A DNA stretch of 32,000 bases from NCBI GenBank assembly GCA_048882505.1, contig JBHLRO010000006.1:133640-165639 (forward strand), written 5' to 3'. Positions within the stretch are counted from its first letter, which is position 1, and the number at the start of each line of letters is the position of its first letter. The DNA is from Candidatus Thorarchaeota archaeon (GTDB lineage Archaea > Asgardarchaeota > Heimdallarchaeia > Hodarchaeales > Hodarchaeaceae). Shown in pieces: positions 27,410 to 32,000 of this stretch. The translations under genes and the position numbers were made by a program. The notes below the pieces were generated by a model. That model made no database searches. It worked only from the letters and a program-made list of their open reading frames with translations, and was not told the origin of the DNA.

Positions 27410-28060
27410 TTATGCTGTTGTTACTGTTACAAATCCGTTCATCTGCCCATGCCCAAGTCCACAGTAGAAGTTGCAAGAGAAGAGATGGTTGCCGATTTGA
27501 TCAACCGTGGGTTTTGCGTAGAATGATATCTCTTTTAGCTGTGGTAGATTCAGTACGACAGGATTACCAAAGTAATCTTGGAAGGTTGGGACGATTTCAA
27601 AACCGTGATCTGTATCAAGTGCCTTGATTATAATTTGGTATACGGTGCCGACCTTGAGGTCGATGTTGTAATATGCTGCCGTCTCTGGATAACCCACCCC
27701 TTCAGGAATTGTTTCGTACTTGGATACGTTTATCGGAATGGATTCCTCGGTCGTGGCATTTTCAATGCGTGTGACGTTAAAGGTCCACGGTTTGAGCTGT
27801 GCTTCAACGTGTATGACGTAATCTATTGGCTCGTCTGGTACTTCTGTTCCTAGGTTACTTAATAGGAGATTCGGGGTAATTCCCATAGCCCCACCTAGTA
27901 ATATTCCGCTTAGCAAAGCGGCTGGCACTAAAACGACTATAATCTCCTTCGGTTTCCAGGAATTTCGAATCGCTGCTACTAGGACACCAATGATTAAGAG
28001 GCTAGATAGTATCAGGAGCAAAATGTTATGATCTAGCGGTATCCAGCTGGTTTCTGACAT
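27410..28060 (-). CDS. membrane-anchored CuA cupredoxin (cytochrome c oxidase subunit II-like domain), stand-alone
   Basis: Two N-terminal TM helices, AQLKPWTF, DTDHGF, SCNFYCGLGHGQM (complete H/C/C/H/M CuA ligand set). Confidence 0.85.
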   Translation of the reverse strand: MSETSWIPLDHNILLLILSSLLIIGVLVAAIRNSWKPKEIIVVLVPAALLSGILLGGAMGITPNLLLSNLGTEVPDEPIDYVIHVEAQLKPWTFNVTRIENATTEESIPINVSKYETIPEGVGYPETAAYYNIDLKVGTVYQIIIKALDTDHGFEIVPTFQDYFGNPVVLNLPQLKEISFYAKPTVDQIGNHLFSCNFYCGLGHGQMNGFVTVTTA

Positions 28061-28162
28061 TTTTTTTCCTTCTCTATAACGACTGTTTAGACTGGTTGAC
28101 TTCGGTTAGGCATCCTCTGAGGGATTTACAGTTGTTATTACATACGAGTCCCCAATGAATTA

Positions 28163-28187
28163 TCACAACAAAAGTATTACGTTGTGA
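28163..28187. promoter_or_regulatory. inverted repeat TCACAAC-N11-GTTGTGA, putative operator
   Basis: Perfect 7-bp arms in the divergent intergenic region between the CuA gene and DUF1786. Confidence 0.35.
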
Positions 28188-28355
28188 ATTCAGGATTCCT
28201 AATTTAAGAAGACTAAATCCGAATTCTTTTCGAGATATTTAAGGTCACCGTGAATCTTATCGTATTTCTCTTCTATGCGGAATTACGTATGTATTTCGTT
28301 TGGAACTCCAATAAAAATAAGTAGCGGCTCAAATAATTATGTTATTGACCTAGAA

Positions 28356-29468
28356 ATGTTGAATTTACATGAAAGAGTTTTGGCAATTGATGTAGGTAAG
28401 GGGACGGAAGATATTTACCTCTTTGAACCCCACCAAAATCTCGAAAACGGAATACACGTCATTCGTCCATCACGAGCATACCTTCTCAGAAAACAGCTAG
28501 ATATGCAGCTTCGAGGGTTGACTAATCTCTATTTTCATGGTACAATAATGGGAGGGGAACCGTGGCACATTCCTCTCTATAAAATAGCCCAAAACCCAAA
28601 TCGAAAAGTCGTCATGACTTCAAGATCTGCCAAATCCCTAAGATATAAGCTTGACCAGGTAACTTCTCGCGGTGTTATAGTACAGGATCCACTCCCCAAA
28701 ATGGATGAAAACAGTAAAAGGATTGAAACCTATGATATCGACTTTGAATGGATAGATCAGTTTTTTCGCGGATTAGATATAAACATTTTTGAAACCACAC
28801 ATGTTCTACTCATTGCGTGCCAAGAACACGGCTATCCTGGCCCTGAACCCATTTCTGTGCGTCAATTCCGAATCCAGGAAATGTACCAACGTTATCTTGA
28901 AAAGCATCCCTATCTAGAGTCTTTAATGTTCCATCAAAACGAAATTCCTAAATTTGCATGGCGATTTCAGGCTAATGTTGAACGGGCTCGACAGTACTTT
29001 CCAGGTGCTCAGATATTCGTTATGGATTCCTCACCGGCAGTTATATTAGGAAGTATGCTGGATCCTATAATTCCTTCTGGAGCTAAAACCATTATCAATC
29101 TTGGTAACGGACATACTCTTGCAATGGTTCTAAGCAAGTCCTGGGAGGTTCTGGCCGTATGGGAACACCATACTGGGCAATTTCGATCTAATCCTACGGG
29201 ATTAGATGAGTACCTGGAAAAATTATTTACCTCTCAATTAAATCAGGAGTTCGTCTTGGAACACGGCGGGCACGGGTATTATCAACGCATAACAAAGATC
29301 CCCGAGTCCGCCGCAAAGCAAATCCTAGCTATTGGTCCAAATAGATCCCTTTTGCAGGATTCTCGGTTTAAAGATGCTATTTCATGGGTTCACCCTCTTG
29401 GTAGCATGATGTTGGCTGGCCCTGCTGGATTACTAAAGACCTATGAAGCTAGAATCAAAAAAACATGA
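28356..29468 (+). CDS. DUF1786 family protein (ASKHA/actin-like ATPase fold)
   Basis: VLAIDVGKGTEDI, G-IMGG, QEHG, VMDS-PAVILG, INLGNGHTLA, WEHHTG, GGHG; probable start ATG 28356 rather than 28275. Confidence 0.82.
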   Translation: MLNLHERVLAIDVGKGTEDIYLFEPHQNLENGIHVIRPSRAYLLRKQLDMQLRGLTNLYFHGTIMGGEPWHIPLYKIAQNPNRKVVMTSRSAKSLRYKLDQVTSRGVIVQDPLPKMDENSKRIETYDIDFEWIDQFFRGLDINIFETTHVLLIACQEHGYPGPEPISVRQFRIQEMYQRYLEKHPYLESLMFHQNEIPKFAWRFQANVERARQYFPGAQIFVMDSSPAVILGSMLDPIIPSGAKTIINLGNGHTLAMVLSKSWEVLAVWEHHTGQFRSNPTGLDEYLEKLFTSQLNQEFVLEHGGHGYYQRITKIPESAAKQILAIGPNRSLLQDSRFKDAISWVHPLGSMMLAGPAGLLKTYEARIKKT

Positions 29469-29611
29469 AAACGGAACAATCTTTTTATTTGAATAAAAAC
29501 GTCAAGCCGAGATTGTTTTGTCGTTATCGAATTTATGGAATAAGATCCTCAGGAAGAGACAAACAAGCGAAAAATGGCATTGTTTGTAGGGATATGATAA
29601 TTATGGTTACA

Positions 29612-30340
29612 ATGGCCGATTTAATTCACCCAACACGAGTAAGACTGCTGAATCTTCTTATTGAAGGTCCTGAAACATTGTCATCCTTAGCAAAAAACCT
29701 GGAGCTTTCAAAACCAGAGATATCCCGTCATTTGGCACGATTAAGAGATCAAGCCTTAGTGGAAAGAGGTGAGAAAACTCACCAAATCACCAATCTGGGA
29801 GAAACAGTCATGTCTATCCTCTCGCCTTTAGAATTTCTCGTGAAACATTATGAATTCTTTATGGCTCACCAGATTTTCGATCTCCCGGCTTTTATAATGC
29901 GGAACTTGGATTCGCTTATGCAAAGCGAACTATTGACTGGTACTGGCTATATCTTTTCAAAAATGCAGGAAATCCAACAAGCAGTAAAAAAAGAGATTAA
30001 GGTAGTAATCGATCAACCTTTCCCAGGTAACGACTCCAGTCCACCTGATAATGTATATTTCATTGTCCCTGTATACGCTAAAGATGAAAATCTGAGCTTA
30101 GAAACCTTAAAAAGGCAAACTAAATATTTTGAATTTCGTACTCTACCTGTCATCTCATACGGTTTTGGGATTGCAGATGAAAAGGTTGGATTCATCTTTT
30201 TTCCTGGAATAAATAAAAAAATCGATTATAATTACGCATTTTTTGTTTCTGATCCTCTTGGAATTGATTTTCTTTCCCAATTATGGGATTATTATTGGAA
30301 CCGATCTGAATTTCGTGATTGCTCGAAAACCGTTAGATAA
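29612..30340 (+). CDS. ArsR-type wHTH transcription regulator with C-terminal effector domain (DUF1724-like)
   Basis: HPTRVRLLNLL-EGP-LA-LELSKPEISRHLARL-LV, ITNLG. The start is uncertain (ATG 29594, 29603 or 29612); the ORF's 29465 start is unlikely. Confidence 0.75.
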   Translation: MADLIHPTRVRLLNLLIEGPETLSSLAKNLELSKPEISRHLARLRDQALVERGEKTHQITNLGETVMSILSPLEFLVKHYEFFMAHQIFDLPAFIMRNLDSLMQSELLTGTGYIFSKMQEIQQAVKKEIKVVIDQPFPGNDSSPPDNVYFIVPVYAKDENLSLETLKRQTKYFEFRTLPVISYGFGIADEKVGFIFFPGINKKIDYNYAFFVSDPLGIDFLSQLWDYYWNRSEFRDCSKTVR

Positions 30341-30655
30341 CCTACAAATCAATATCTCTAATTATCCTGGTTTGGTAACGGGTGGTACGCCATTCAGATC
30401 GTTACTAGTTTCCTAAATGGTAAAGAGTGACAGAAATGAGGAACTATTTGAGTTGTTATGCCAACTTTCCAGTGAAGCTTGAACACGTCTTTTTAATAAT
30501 AGACATCAATCTTTCAAAGCCCTTTTTCTGCATTTTTCGTGATTGAACCTATTTAATTTGATTCAGCAAATAGAGGTTTAATGAGGGGAAATAAAACCAA
30601 CTAGGGTCTTCAGGTCCCTACCAATTTAAATTTCTATAATTTATGGGCGTTTCCA

Positions 30656-31381
30656 GTGAGCAAATTGACGAGCGACTATGAGAATTCAAACGGTTTGGTT
30701 GAATCGCAACGCGCCCTCATGATTCCATTTCGTCGAGTCCAAAAGATTCTGAACAATCAACTTCTTTCTAGCGTCTACGTTGTTGGTACTTTTATCCTGG
30801 TCATTTTTTTCCTAGTATTAATGGATGGACTGAAAGCTCCTTTTGAAATTATATTCATCACCCTCAACACATCTGTATTGGTGGGAGTGGCTCTCAATAA
30901 TATACGAATAGTATGGCCCCACTGGAAAGATCTTGATGGAAGGTTAAAGCAGATAAAGGAAAAATCCAGCGTCACTGGAATGCCAGGTTACGATGGCATC
31001 ACAAATTACGTCAATAGGATGCAGGCCATGTTGTACAATCAACGGGAAAGCATCCCCGAATCCTCCCAAGATCATGCGCACACAACTCCTCGGTTTTTCT
31101 ATACCAAAGGATGGGTTCTTCAGGTAATTATAGGAATTGCCATATTATTAATCAACTTAGGGGTTTTCTTCCTTTTCGTTGACCCTCGAACCTTTGATAC
31201 TATTTTATGGCTTTCAATAGCATATATAGGGGTTCTAATGTCCTATGGAGGAATGATCTTCCATGGGAAAAAAGCGAGGGACGTATTTTTAAGATGGAAC
31301 AAAGTTTTCGATGAACTGGAAAAATGGGGGTCTGAGATTGAACTTATGTCGGCTGATGAGTCCTTGACTGGAGCCGATTAA
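30656..31381 (+). CDS. hypothetical membrane protein (about 4 TM)
   Basis: Two pairs of hydrophobic helices separated by a polar loop; no family recognised. Confidence 0.6.
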   Translation: MSKLTSDYENSNGLVESQRALMIPFRRVQKILNNQLLSSVYVVGTFILVIFFLVLMDGLKAPFEIIFITLNTSVLVGVALNNIRIVWPHWKDLDGRLKQIKEKSSVTGMPGYDGITNYVNRMQAMLYNQRESIPESSQDHAHTTPRFFYTKGWVLQVIIGIAILLINLGVFFLFVDPRTFDTILWLSIAYIGVLMSYGGMIFHGKKARDVFLRWNKVFDELEKWGSEIELMSADESLTGAD

Positions 31382-31398
31382 CCGGGGGATTCATAGGA

Positions 31399-31698
31399 AT
31401 GGAGAAAGAGCAAACTGATTCGAAAAGAAACGGAAGTCGGCGGAGATCCTCATTTGAAATCTGGTCTGAACTACTCGAAGTTTGTGCTCGAACACCCAGA
31501 ACGCAGAGCTGGCTACGACGTAACTTGAGATTAAAGACCAGCGGCTTTAAGGATGCCATCGAGTTTCTCATGGTTCGTGGCCTGATTAAAGAAGTCAATA
31601 ACTTCGGTGCATTAGAATATCTTACCACAAAGAAAGGAGAGGAAGCACTACTCCACTATTATAAGTTAATCAACAGATTTTTCGTTTTGGATTTCTGA
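31399..31698 (+). CDS. small archaeal winged-helix DNA-binding protein
   Basis: RRRSSFEIWSELLE-FLMVRGLIKEV-YLTTKKGEEAL pattern of archaeal wHTH proteins. Confidence 0.75.
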   Translation: MEKEQTDSKRNGSRRRSSFEIWSELLEVCARTPRTQSWLRRNLRLKTSGFKDAIEFLMVRGLIKEVNNFGALEYLTTKKGEEALLHYYKLINRFFVLDF

Positions 31699-31731
31699 TT
31701 GGAAATAAAATAGATGGCGAGAGAATGAAAC

Positions 31732-32000
31732 ATGTATGTAATTGAAATAAAAGAACTTACAAAACGATTTAAGAATATCACTGCGTTAAACACGGTTTCA
31801 CTTAATGTGAAGAGAGGAGAAGTATTCGGGTTATTGGGCCCGAATGGAGCTGGTAAGACAACCCTTATCAGGATCCTACTAGGGTTAATACGACCAACAA
31901 GCGGATCAGCCACTTTTTTCGGTAATCTAGATATGATCAAAGATGTGTACAAAATTCGGAAGAGGTCATCGCTACTTCCGCAAGAAGCCAGCTGTGTGGA
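31732..32000 (+). CDS. ABC transporter ATP-binding protein, 5' part; runs off the right edge
   Basis: Manual translation [36 protein letters not shown] (Walker A); not in the ORF track. Confidence 0.93.
   Translation, partial: [89 protein letters not shown]

Noticed and set aside
27410-28060. Calling the CuA gene coxB of a cytochrome c oxidase operon
   Set aside because: No subunit I, III, ctaB or Sco gene is in the window, and the CxExC Glu is absent.
28275-28355. N-terminal extensions given by the ORF track (28275, 29465, 16290)
   Set aside because: Family similarity begins at downstream Met codons, and the extensions overlap promoter regions or upstream genes.
1-32000. CRISPR arrays, tRNA/rRNA, transposases, integrases, defence systems
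   Set aside because: No spaced direct repeats, cloverleaf or T-loop contexts, or matching protein motifs were found by eye.

Overview
AT-rich prokaryotic window, most likely archaeal. The evidence is GGTGA/GGAGG Shine-Dalgarno motifs, TTTA(T/A)A boxes, U-tract terminators, a PGF-type C-terminal sorting signal, DUF1786 and several small winged-helix regulators. The protein style resembles Asgard/Heimdallarchaeia, but that is inference only. It is densely coding, with about 31 genes and no rRNA, tRNA, CRISPR or mobile element seen. Content from left to right: the 5' end of a P5C dehydrogenase, nadA-nadC, a family III CoA transferase, several transporters (ArsB/NhaD-type, AEC, CDF, YeeE/YedE, NSS), two tandem acidic surface-protein paralogs, and a four-gene glycosyltransferase operon (DPM1-like GT2, DUF2064/TIGR04282-like, egghead-like GT2, GT-C). 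That operon converges on a DoxX pair, an NSS transporter with a rebuilt Cys-lined pocket, and a radical SAM enzyme. Further right lie CsaA, a copper/Fe-S module (PGF-anchored blue copper protein, 749-aa membrane polyferredoxin, stand-alone CuA protein without oxidase subunit I), DUF1786, two wHTH regulators and the start of an ABC ATPase. The best candidates for undescribed systems are the radical SAM/DUF2064/GT/odd-NSS neighbourhood (possible metalloid-glycoconjugate or glycolipid pathway) and the CuA-polyferredoxin-cupredoxin module. All family assignments come from motif recognition by eye; no searches were run.
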